From the NCBI GenBank assembly GCA_040954595.2, contig CM082587.2:3046275-3110274 (forward strand): DNA of 64,000 bases, in the 5' to 3' direction. The DNA comes from Balanoglossus misakiensis. Its lineage: Eukaryota > Animalia > Hemichordata. The translations under genes were made by a program, and so were the position numbers. Position 1 is the stretch's first letter. Every line of letters begins with the position of its first letter. Of this stretch, positions 50,901 to 62,935 are shown piece after piece. The notes under the pieces were generated by a model that saw only the letters and a list, made by a program, of their open reading frames with translations, was not told the origin of the DNA and searched no databases.

Positions 50901-53900
50901 GTTGACATATGATACCAGCTTGTCAACCAGAGTCCTGGACATTCTCTGCTGAGACAGGCAGTCCTGTGGCAAAGAGACAAACAGAACATGTCACGCACGA
51001 TTTGTGTGGTGCGCACTTGTGCAGACTACACTGTACACTTGGGTTGTACCTCTCGCCCCTGTGCATGCACCCAGCAACATACCTTGATCCAGGTGGAGTA
51101 CCCATTGCTGCCCAGTCTCGGCGCCCACCTCAGGGTGTGCAGGATTTCGCTCTGTGTCAGCGACCTCTCTGTGACCCCGGTCTGGCTCTCCAGCAACTTC
51201 ATGTAGGCCACAGACGGCGGCAAATCCCCCAGCAGACGCCAACACAGAAGGAAACAGTACTGGATGGAGCAAGCATCCAGGAACTGGAGTTGTTTGTTTT
51301 CTGTTCTGGTCACAACATCACACTGAGTACCGGCTGCCAGAAGGTTGACCATGGCCGCATAGAACTCATAGTAGTCGAACGACTTATCAAAGAGGATCTT
51401 GCAAAGCTGGAGGAATAAACAGATAACAATGGTTGTTTTTTATTTACAAACGTAATAAGAAATGTCGACAGAAGAAAGTAAAATTATCCACACAAAGCCT
51501 TGGTTTAACAAACACGGTGTTCTCTGCTCTGTTGAGCTTTTTGTAAGTTGTGTACTGCAGCGGCATATACTGGTGTGGAGACTTACCTCTTGATCAATTT
51601 TGGGAGCTGTTGTGTTACTGGTTTCTCCTGGAGTTATGTTGTAGAATTTCGGTGTCATGCCTTGACCTGAACAGAGAGGGGAAAAATCTGTTAAAACATT
51701 CAATACCCACAAATCTTTTTATTCTAAGCATCATGAAGTTGGCATCCATACATAACATTTCCCCAAATATCATTTACCAGATCCTCCCTGTTTATGAGAT
51801 GCCTCACAAAACTGCCTACCTGGCGTTTCAGCTGTTACAAATTTTCTGTACTGCTCTTCAACTTCCTTGCAGGGATGGTAAATTTTACCGAAAGCCGTGG
51901 AAAAGCTGGTGTCTTGCTGTGCCATTGACGAGAGACTCAGCGAGTGGAGTGTGAAGACATTCCACTGAACCTGTTTGCCAAAGAGATTAGATACATCAAT
52001 ATTATGACAAATTTAACATTTGTGCTGTTTAACATTATGGTTCAGAAAATAGTCTCTGTTCCAAGAAACTTATATAATGTATGTGCCCATACATGAGCGA
52101 CCTTCCTTACCTGTTCAAACAATGGACCATGCGGTACAGAGTAATGATGTAGGAAGTATTCAAACAACTGGACCAGTCTGCTCAATGCCAGGGGTGGCAC
52201 TTCAGAAAGACCGCTGGGCAAAAACAAAAAAGCAGAATATAAATAAGCAATTTTTACTGTTTTCAAGGAAAAGTGATCCCTGAAAGGTTCACTCCATAAA
52301 AGACAGGTGAAAGTGTCTAGATGCTTACCTCATCTGTGATATTTCCATCATGGAGTATGTAATTCTCAGCACGATGTTTCTCTTCGTCTTCGCTGTGAAG
52401 TTTTGGAAAATGAACAGCAGCAGCTGCATGTGTTCAACGTTGATGTCTGCAGAGATCAAAACACACAAAATCACTGCTTAAATCTTCACTTTTTTTTCTA
52501 GGCTTGACGAAGTTAGGAAAACAGAGAGGGTGCCAAAAAGAGGTCCCCATCCACAGAAAGTGACCATACTATTTCATCAGGATTATCTCACCATCAAATT
52601 CACTCAGTGGTACTCTGTCCAGCGCCTTCTGTTTCAAGGTCTCTATCAACCTCTCCCACACTCTGATACAGACAGGGGTGTCCAGATTTTTGCCCATGTC
52701 TCGCTTCTGTCTCAGAAGAAGGACGTGGGCCAGAACTGCGAGGGATCGTGGGTAGATGCTGAGTTGCCATGGCCCTTCGGCCATCGGGCTGATGCCCAGA
52801 TGTGTCAGCAGAGCATCCTGTGGGAAAAGTTAGAAGAAACAGTTTTGATTATTTTTGACACCAGAACAGACAGAATACACTTGGTTACATTTGGCATAAG
52901 GACACCCACCTGCAGTTCATCAGTCAGTGAACCCGATGCAAGCAAACCATGGTTAAAGTGGGACAGGGTCACTGAGAAGTCGTCGTACAGTTTCACTGAA
53001 AGAGAAAACAGGAATTCAGATATTATTCATCATTTTTCATTTACCTGTTACACAGCAAAGAAACTGTGATTGAGTTCTGATGCTTTTTGTTTTCAAGATT
53101 GCTGAAGATCTTACCATTGTCTGCTTTACTCAGTTCTCTGTCCAAGTCTCTGATGACCGTGGCCAAACCGACCATGTGCTGGTCACTGAAGGATTTCCTG
53201 TCAGCAGAACAAAAAGATGATTTCAAGTATTACCATTTTCACAACCTCTAAATGACTCTACATCCTGGTACTTTTGGAGGTGTTTGAACTTGTCCATTTG
53301 GCTGCAAGACCTTACCTCAAGTAACTCCTGACAAGTTGATTGTGAGAGTTCAACATCTGGACACTGAGAAATCGCAGTATGTCGCATCCAAGGTTGACGA
53401 ACTGAAAAGAAGGAAACAGGTCTTGGTTAAATGTCACCAAATATTTCTCAAAGAAGATCTAAAAAAAAAATTCAACTCATCGATCCAGTATCAGGTATTC
53501 CAGTCAACCTGGGCAGAACCCTGCTAACAGATGAACTCACCCCATCAGGTTCTTTTTTGTCCGGCATCACTCCCACATCTTCTCCAGGACTCGCCGAATT
53601 GGGTCCTCCGTTTCCGCCGTCAATAACTTCGTGCATCGGAGGGGGTCTAGGAGGGGGAGGGGGTGCCGTGGAGGAGTCCGACTCTGGCGACAGGGTCTCC
53701 TCAAACCACTGACCAAGGATGGGTTCACTGTCATCATCTACAAAAAATAAGGTATCCAAAGATAAAACAATATTGAACTATGCCCAACACAGACAAAATG
53801 CAAAAAAAAAAAAAAATCATGACTATTCGATTATTCAGTGTAGACATGAAAACTTAAACCTTTTCGCCAACAAATTTGGTTTGGTTCAACATAGGAGGAA

Positions 53901-56900
53901 ACTGGGAGGAAATGATTGAAGTACGTGTGTGCTGAAGAACAGAGTTGAGTACGAACCCTCAGATGATTCCTCTGAGCTGCTAAAGTCATCTTCATAATAC
54001 GTATTTGAATCTGACTCACTGCCACTCTCTGAGGGCACCAGTACTTTCTTCTGTCTTTTCAGAGAGCATGCCTGAAACAGAAGATGAATCAGTAAAAAAT
54101 ACTTGGAGACAATGAAAAACAAGAAAAATAATACACAAATCACATGATAGTCATCCAATCAGTGCTTCTGACTCACCTTCTTGTAAGCGACAGTGAAGAG
54201 ACAGAGCAGCAGATTGGTCAGCTGTACACCATCAATGAGTCTCTGCACACGCTGCCAAGCTGTGTAGTTTGGCATGATGTCTAGGTTGGCTGGGGTCATG
54301 TCTATACTGGATGAAGTCTGTGGGAAAGAAATACAATGTATTACATGATGATGACTTGCATGGGAATCATTATAAACTGAAGGGGAAATACAAACATCAA
54401 CAGTAATTTTACAAGCACTGCTTTTCCCCCCTATTCCGTTACAATGTGGACGTGCTTGTCTTACCTTTGATATTCCTTCCACGTGCAAGTCTTCAAAGAG
54501 GACAGTGAGCAGTCTGACAGCATGATCTGACAACGCTACTGTCAGAACTCCAAAGCCTTGCAGTCTAAGGACAGAAAACACAAAAACAGTGCAGTGTCAC
54601 CTCACAGGAAGATCTATTTCCCTGAATTCAAAATTCTACATGGTACTTGATTCTTATCGTCAGAAACAATCTTACCCTTTGGCAGATCCAGGCCTGGTCT
54701 GTGTGTACTCTTTGCTCTTGGCTCCACCGGACTCCTTGAACTTTGGTGAGGAGGCCTCCTTCTCCTTGTCCTTCTCCTTGCTGCTGGTTCCCTTATCGGC
54801 GATGTTGGAGGCGTTGAGACCAAGGATGCTTTGTAGGCCTGTCAGGATGCACCATGCGCCCAGCATGTTGAAGTTCTGCAGGTTCTGACCGCCGGCACGG
54901 GTCGAATTCTGAATCGCACTGGCCACTGTGTTGAATACTGCTAACTGGAGACGGGGAAAGTGCGACAAAAGTGTTGGTATCTGACAAGCTCTGCTCTCTA
55001 TAACTAATGTCTATGCTGATTTGAAAAATATAGAATTTTCTTGTGGAGACTTACACTTTTTTGCACAATGGAGGTGGCATAGCCTTCAAGTTCCTCGTCT
55101 TTGGACGTGGACACTCCTCGCATCTGCACACTGCTGGCGATGCTCAGGATGGTGCTGCAGGTTGCCACGGTGACACCGGCAAAGAGGCAACTCATCGCTA
55201 TGGTAACCAGGTCAGTCAGTCGCGACGGGGTCAAAGGTTCCAGGATGGGCAGAGATAGTGCCCGGCTGACTATCACAATGTCATTCATCAAAGACTGGAA
55301 ACTGATATAACAGAAAAGAAATGTCATTTGGTAATCTGGATTTTTAATTAGGGTCATTTTTACATCTTCACTATTCTTTAACCAAAATATGACAAAAACA
55401 TGTAAGTGTGCGTGTATGGATGGATGGATGGATTTCTGGCAAGACAAAGGCCAAATCCATGAAAAGATTCAGTATCTCACAAACCTATTCCTGGCTGCAA
55501 TAGCATCACTGACATTGTTCGGCATCATGAAGAATTTCCCAGTCAGCGCCTCTTTGTAGCGGTTGACGTATCTCAGGAGATAGGGCAGGTTCATGCAGAT
55601 ATCCAGGAGGGCATCTGCGCCACCCAGCGTGTGCAAGTTGTCCACGTTTCGGGCAGCAAAGTAGGTCTTCATGTCGCCTGCAGTGTCCATTTTGGCCATG
55701 TCTATGTCCATGAACTGAAAATTTACAGTCAATCACAAAATGTAATATTGGTGTACATGAAACAGAAGTGTTGAAGAAGGGGACACTTTCATATTTGCCA
55801 AGTTTTTATTTCAGGAATTAATTAGTCATCAATTGTGCAAACACTACCCAGATGACACTCATCTCATCATGGGCCTCTGCCACAGTGTATCATTGGGTGA
55901 TTCCAATATCTGACCCTACCTTGGCAAAATCTTCATTGTTGGTCCTCTTTTTGCTGGCCACGATGTTGTCGTAGCTGGGACTGACTTCCGTGAACGCAGA
56001 CGTCAGCTGTTGGAAGAAGTCTGTCGGGAATCCAGTGGCTACACTCTCCACTTTCGGGGGTGGCTTGTCTTTTGCTGTGGAGGATAGCAACATTTTTACT
56101 GATAAAACGGTCTGGCAGATTCTCTGGGACCGGCAGCAAACATCAGCTATATGTGAACTAAGTTCTTATGCATGCACAGAGATATCGAGAAAATTTCCTG
56201 TCGTGGAAATAACCCATTTTACAGTATCAGAATAGAACACACGACTTACATGGCTGCATGGGCATCTTGGAGGATTTCATCATAGCAGTGAATGTGATCA
56301 AGTCTGTCTTCTGCAGTGCCCCAATCCCCCTGCACAGCCCTTCAATCAGCTGCATCAACTGTTTCTACACGTGCATAAATTCAGAGAACAGAGAGAGAAA
56401 AATGTCAATCTTTGCATTTTCAAACACCTGAGCTTTGAATCATTTTGGTTAGTATCAAAGGTGTATAGTTTCACAGAGGTGGCACAGCCATGTACGAACA
56501 CACAGACCAGTGGTGTAAATTTACCTGTGTTTTGAGAACAGACAATTCACCATTTCACTGACAGAACTATAAATTACAATCTGCTTCCAAGAAAGACAAC
56601 CCTCTTCGACCCCCAAAACAATGATTGTGTTGCTCCTTACCTGTGTAACGGCACAATAGTCGTCATGTTTCAGCAATCTCTTGATGCAGAAATTCATCAA
56701 GATTTGACAGGCTGCCGAGGCATTGTTGATGCAAGATTTTGGAACTAGAATAGATGAAAATGAAACCGTCATCATCATCATCATCATCATCATCCAGTCA
56801 TCATCATCATCATCATCATCATCGTCATCAATCACCATCATCATCATCATCATCAATCATCATCATCATCATCATCATCCTAAGTTCCCTATGATGTTAC

Positions 56901-58024
56901 CCCATCATGGCCAGTCATTATATGTGTGCAGTGCTGTTACCCCCATGGCCAGTCAACATGTGTAGGATGTTACTTACTGTCTCCAGCATTTGTACTGATG
57001 TAGTGAGCACTGAGTGCCACAAATGCTGAGTAGAAACATTCATACTGGTCTTCATGTTCCAAGATGTCTTGTTCACTTTGGGTGGGGAAAAAATAAATTT
57101 ATTGTCTTTATTTAATTTCAAAAGGTCCATTGTGTATGTAAGGGAGTGTTGGTTGTTTTAGTTAACCCCCCCCCCCCCCCCCCATGTTCTAATTTACATA
57201 ACAACAGCATTGTTCCACCCAAATTAACTTTGTTCAGCTGATACACTTCACTGTAATTGCTCTAGAGAGACACTGTGCCTTTCTTCCATACATGGACTGT
57301 GTAGCCATATGTATCTGAGTGGACCAAGTGAGGGCATTTGCCCCGAGACACCATGGGAAATCAAATTCGTGTCAAGTTCAAACTACATGAACCTGTCTCA
57401 TTTGCATATATGCAGAGAAAAATCACAGCGCCACCTAGCGTACCTCAGTGACGCGACAATGTTGCGCGTCTCCCAAACTGCATCATTTGAAGGGTGTCGG
57501 TCTTTGGAGTAACATTCACTCGTGAGTGAAAGGCAGGAGAACCGGTCAAATCACCTCGGACAATTGCAGACGGCCAGAAGGTTATCATGAACCTTGAACG
57601 GAAATAGTTACAACACCCCACACCCCAGGGATCGTAGTTCTGTTTCTAAATAATCAGTTGCTGTTTATTTATCGCTTCATATTCACACTCCACTGGACTG
57701 AACGTGCATTTTCTTATCGTTTTCCTCTATGTGATTCTACGAGGAAAGTTTTGCCACGCAAAGCCCCAGTAATTAGCGACTTGCCAGGCCATAACAAAAT
57801 GCTGATTAACTACATCATACATGATTGAAACCGACGCGTCGACGGTGACAAAGAAATGAGAATCACTTAATAGTCACGACCCCTAGACAGTCAAAACTCG
57901 CCACTTACCTTCTTATGATCGATTGTGATAACTGTGGTATATCACTGCTCTTAAAAGATGTATACGAAGCTGCTAGTAATGGTTTTATCATTGACGGCCA
58001 GTCTTGTACTACGGCCGACGCCAT
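23952..58024 (-). CDS. UBR4: E3/E4 ubiquitin ligase UBR4 (p600 / pushover-like), apparently complete, ~108 exons
   Basis: Start [24 protein letters not shown] (58024-57909). UBR box [17 protein letters not shown]|YHCHTC...[31 protein letters not shown] (~46980-46640). Also [102 protein letters not shown], and hemi[20 protein letters not shown]...[11 protein letters not shown]-terminus [21 protein letters not shown] (24016-23952). About 107 GT donors counted by eye. Confidence 0.97.
26844..26934 (+). mobile_element. ~90-bp MITE-like repeat, copy 1 (UBR4 intron)
   Basis: AGAGGTCCAACTTTACCATAGAAAACAGTAGATTTGGGCCAAACCACGGTGGTGAAAGGGTTCA, homologous to 45805-45897. Confidence 0.7.
36526..36578 (-). 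mobile_element. ~90-bp MITE-like repeat, truncated copy 2 (UBR4 intron)
   Basis: CCCTTTCACCACCATCGTTTGG..AAATCCATTGT..TATGGTAAA is the reverse complement of the family's right half. Confidence 0.6.
45805..45897 (+). mobile_element. 93-bp MITE-like repeat, most intact copy 3 (UBR4 intron), piggyBac-type ends
   Basis: TCAACCCTTTCA ... TGAAAGGATTAA: terminal inverted repeats with TTAA-like flanks. Confidence 0.75.
49257..49350 (-). mobile_element. ~90-bp MITE-like repeat, copy 4 (UBR4 intron)
   Basis: TTAACCCT..CCATGGTTTGGTCCAAATCCATTGTTATCTATGGTAAAGTTGGGCCTCT, reverse orientation of the same family. Confidence 0.7.
56769..56879. repeat. (CAT)n microsatellite in UBR4 intron 2
   Basis: ~110 nt of imperfect ATC repeats next to the acceptor of UBR4 exon 3. 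Confidence 0.95.
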
Positions 58025-58531
58025 CTTGGTTGACTCACTAGCTACCGAATAGCGCCCTCATGAAATGACATCACTCAAGTACTTCCCGTTTTCTATGGTA
58101 AACTTTACAAATACGGAAAAGTTTCATTTTCTTGAATGAACATTGTGGAAAAAATGTTAAAAGTAGTAAATAAAAGTAGAAGACTGGTCTTGTAGTTGTA
58201 TTTGCCTAAATCATTGCTTGAATTTGCGTGAACGTTACTAACGTTGGCATTGAATTGAATAAATAGCTAATTTCCATAATTATTTAATCAATGTATGATT
58301 AAACAATTCATCAATCCAATCACACACACAAATACACAGAAAAACAATGACCAAATTGGTTTGTGCAATATGCATCGTTTTTATTCATGGGATAAAATAT
58401 CTGTATTCACTACAGATATCTTCTCTTTTCTTCTCGGTATTGTAAATGTTAACTTTACACAGACTTCACCAACAGCGACATGAGAAGGGGGAAGGGACTG
58501 TTAAATAGGGTTACACAGTTTTTAACATGTG

Positions 58532-61500
58532 CTAGCTTGATTTCTTTTGGAATCTGTCCAAAGCTGATCTCTTGCCAAGTAGAATGTCTTCTTTCTCTTT
58601 TGTTTTAGCGTTTTTGACTGCTTCTTCTTTCTTCTCTATTTCTTTCTTCAGAATATCCTGAGAGAAAAACAACGGCACACAGATATATGTATTATATACA
58701 CAATTCTGAGACTCATGAACTAAGAAATAGGGAGGGAAGCCTACCCCCAGGCTTGGGGTAAAGCTGCAATATATGTTGGTCATCTACATACAAAGACACT
58801 GGATATTCATTCCTAGAAATATGTCCTACTCTGTACTGAGAAGGAAAATCATTACTAACTCTTTTCTGTTCCTGCAATACTCCCTGTTTTCTCTGTTCCT
58901 TCTTGGAGGCTGAACTCTTGCCTTTCATTTTATATCTGGGTTCAAATTTAGCAGCAGGAATGTAACCCTGTTGAAAGAAGGCACTGATGTGTTATGGCGT
59001 TGTCATCAAGTTTCAATGCATGCAAGTTTGAAAATCATGACTAGTCTGTGCTGGCATGGCTATCAGCTTCATCAAAAAATTACCACTTTCATCATAATCA
59101 CTTCAATTATTATTATCACAACCGTCATCACCATCACAGAAAACGCAAAGTAACATTTTACCAAAATTTCTTTCTTCTCTTCCAGTTTAACCACCATACT
59201 TGTCTTGTCAACTTCCGAGATCTTGTTTGTGTCCAAGGTGATCATTTCAGGTTGAATCTGCAAATTCACACAAGATTTCAATAAATTAAAGTTATAGTTT
59301 TCAACAGGATTAAGAGACACATCCAGCCTTGACCCGATGATAAGGCCTATTGACACTTAAGAGAACTTGCCTTGTCTAACAATGCCTTGACTTCCCATTC
59401 TCTGCGCGACTGTTTAGACTGGTAGGGGTTGTGTTCCAAGGCATCAAAGTTAGCCTCGCCAGCACCTGGAATGAGCAGGCTGGAAAATCCCTTTCCGTGG
59501 GAAACACCTATAACATCCTCGTATGGACAAAACTGTAGACCAGATACGATATTTCTCATTCTATGCCTCATGTATGGTTTCTCCTGAGTTTCTGTACAGG
59601 CACCTTTGTAAACCTGAAGAGAGTGAAAGTATGAAAAGTTAGCATCAGATTCAGATTCAAGTTTACATTCGTGCTATTAGCATCAGAATCAGATTCATTA
59701 AAAATGTCACTCAATTTATTCTATTTCTGTTGTGACCAGCAACAGCAACAGAATAATTACCTCTACAATATTGGAACATGCGGCGGCGAGGAGGCCCCGC
59801 TGACTGAAGGACAACTCTGATGCTCCTGATGATATTTTATAAATATGCAGTGGTTTAAATGTCCTCACATCAAATATTTTCAGTTGTCTGTCCTGGCCTG
59901 AAGTAGCCATATATCTGTGAAAACAAAACAGAAATGACAAAAAAATCCAACATCTTCTACCAGTGATTTCAATCAAATTATGTTTTTATCACATGGATAG
60001 GCCTATTTTCCAACTCTTGTAAACTTACAATCCTTTCTTGTCGATAGCAATGGATCTGACGGCAGCTTTGTGACACATCATTTTCACCAATGGTTGTTTC
60101 ACGTTGGGACTCCATAGTGTTACAGTACCTACCGATAAAATCATAAAATTCCATGGTTACAGATGGTAACCACCAAACATTTTGAACAGGTAGCCATATC
60201 GTCTCAAACTTGACTTTCAAAATGGCCGCCAATCTCTGTGTTAAACTCTCCTCAGCTCCAAAATGACACACTGCTCAATGCCCATCTGCGTATGCAATCA
60301 AAAGTAGGATCACAGTACAAACCATTCGGGTGTCCAAGATGGATGAGTGCGTTGTGAGGGTTCTGTGTCATCACATTCAATCTGCCTTGTTTGGTCGGAA
60401 TGCAAGCCACTTCCCGGCCAACTGACGTGTCTAGATACTTCAGGAAACCCACGGCACTCTATCAAAAGGAACATTGAAAAGTTTTGAGAGAGATATATAA
60501 AACGAACTTTCACAATCATGACGGATTTAGATGCCGCACTGGGTAAAGGAATTGACTAGTACACTTACTGAAGTTGCTAGGAGGAAGTGATACGGAAGAA
60601 ATTCCATCCTGAGAACGTCGTTGAAACTTTTAATGCAGTGTATTTCAGTACCCTGGTTGTCGTACATGTACAGCCATTTCTTCTGAGCCACGGCCAACAT
60701 GGTCTCTAAGTGAAGCCACCTGCAAGAAAGAAAGTCAGCAAACAATTTTTATCAGACGGAGTTCAAGTCATACATTCATCAGCAATCTTGAAATACACAG
60801 TCACCACCAACACATACACATGTAAGGTTTGAAAAGGAATCACTTTTGATCTTACTTCACATCTCTGATGGTCTCCATGACATTGATCTCAAAGGCCAGG
60901 TTCTTGGTGACCCAGTCGATGGCTGCCAGGTGGCCTGCCTTGCCACCCAGGAGAAGGTGTCTGCCGTTCCTCGTGTAGTCCATCCGGTATGGTCCGAACT
61001 GGCTCAGTATCAGGTCAAAATGCTGCAGAGAAAAAGGATTGAAGTGGCATGGTTTGTTCTGATGATCCTAAGCATTCAGACATTTACACGGCACAAACTA
61101 GTTTACTTCCACCATTTTTTATGTTTCTGTCTTGAACCCAAATTTCTTACCTTTTGAGCACTTGATATATCCACTGCTTTAGCTATTTCTTTTTGTGAAA
61201 TCTGATGTGTTTCCTCATCTGAGTCTGCTACAAGAAAACTGTGAAGGAATTTTGTGGAAATCAAATGATTTGATTATAACACACAGCAATTATTGTTTTT
61301 CTTTTCACAGTCTTGGAAAAAAAAACAGTACAGATCTGTAGTTAACTTAGAGAAAACTTATTTTATTTATTACCCAGCTTCCTCTGTAAGGAGTAACTCT
61401 GATCTAGCTGCTTGTTCAACAGCTTCTTCATATTTTTTTTCAAGTTGCTGTAAGATTCTTCTGTGCTTCATATCAGGAATGTTTTTCTAACAGGACGAAT

Positions 61501-62278
61501 CAAACAAAAGTGCCTGTTTAAGTTGTACATTTCATTAATTATTTACCGTGGTTTAATCACATGTAAGAAACTTTGCCACTCTCTAAAAATCCATTGTGAA
61601 TCATTGTATATTGTGTGCAATTTTATTAATCTATGCAAATTAACTCACTTTTCTGGTGTCAACTTTCTCTCCCCTGGAATACCGCTGGACTTTCTCCTGA
61701 GGAACCGGGACCGGCCCCTCAAATGGATCAGCACTCCCCCGTTTCATCATATGATCATCATCATGTCTTTTTCTTTTTCTTTTCCTTCTCTTTGGCTCAT
61801 CATCACCACCGGGTGGACCTCTTTTCTCTGACTTGTCCGTTTCTTCATCATCATAATATCTAGCCGCCTTCTTCTAAAATGATAGGAAAAACACTGAGAT
61901 GGTGTTGCGTAGGCTTAGCGAAGCCAACCTGATTCTTCAAGCTGAGATCGGCTCCGTTATTGAAGGTGTAAGAAAACTGTCTTGACAGCGAGGGGCCCAA
62001 TATAAGTTTGCAACTTGAAAGACCTGCAGTCTGCACGTTGCAAGGCGCACACACGTGTTGTACTAGCAGCAGACGCCTATGGGCACTTCCGGTATGCATG
62101 ATTCTTCCTCAGTTTTGGGACAAGAATATAACTTTTTCATCGACGTTTTCGTTATATTACAGACTTTGTTTATTTCACTGTGCCCGACATGCGTTGTCTG
62201 ATCGGTAATCATAATATGTAGAGAGAAATTTACCTTTTTCTCCCTTGTTTGTAAACCATTCTCTTCTGAGTCAGCCAT
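58532..62278 (-). CDS. WDR46: WD repeat protein 46 (UTP7/BING4), SSU processome component
   Basis: Starts [15 protein letters not shown]. Contains [103 protein letters not shown], and the BING4 C-terminal [56 protein letters not shown]|IQPEMITLD. Ends [11 protein letters not shown]. Confidence 0.95.
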
Positions 62279-62608
62279 TTTGGTTGGTTTGTTCACAGGT
62301 CTGATCAATCATTACTCCGCTGGAAAAATGTTAATAAATATCATAGATCATATTTTCACTTTATTTGTATTTTTTGCAATCAATTTTGCATCATCCCACA
62401 ATAAGTTAAACTAACTTAGTAGATATAAAAATTTCATTCCAATTTCGTGTTCGGTAAAACTCGGATTTTATGGCTTCGCCTTCAGCTCGGAAGTTTCCTT
62501 ATTTGGAAACGCGCGCGTAATGCAAATGTGAACGCGTACGCGCGAAATGCAAATGCTGCGTTTACGTACAAGCGGGAGAAGCTAGCTCATGGTGACCGAA
62601 GGCAAGAG
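62279..62608. promoter_or_regulatory. Bidirectional WDR46/CDC7 promoter region with E2F-like and octamer motifs
   Basis: Start codons diverge 658 nt apart. CpG-rich patch 62508-62580 with GCGCGAAA (62540-62547), GCGGGAGAA, and two ATGCAAAT (62520, 62547). Candidate CDC7 5'UTR donor AG|GTCAGT at 62609. Confidence 0.6.
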
Positions 62609-62935
62609 GTCAGTATATTTCATTTTAGGCAGATCCTTTCTTCTGAAATGGTTAGATCGGGTGCTTAGATCATCTGATGTAACTTACAGATTAATTTTTA
62701 GCGTTGACAACTTCGAAATTAACCCAATTCTGCCTCATAATGCATTTCTGTGGTTGTCCACAAAGGGTGTCAACTCAAAAGTCCTGTTGCATAGCGACCT
62801 GTACAGTGTACTGTACCCCCCCCCCCCCCTCAGAGGGACTATAACTCCTCACATATAATCATTGGTTTGTCGCGCCGTGAATTAACAATTACATTTTGTT
62901 TCTATCATCTACAGATTGTAAACTAATGCTTGAAA

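Noticed and set aside
56521-56965. ORFs with poly-Met/Asp/His/Ile/Ser runs
   Set aside because: Translations of the intronic (CAT)n microsatellite.
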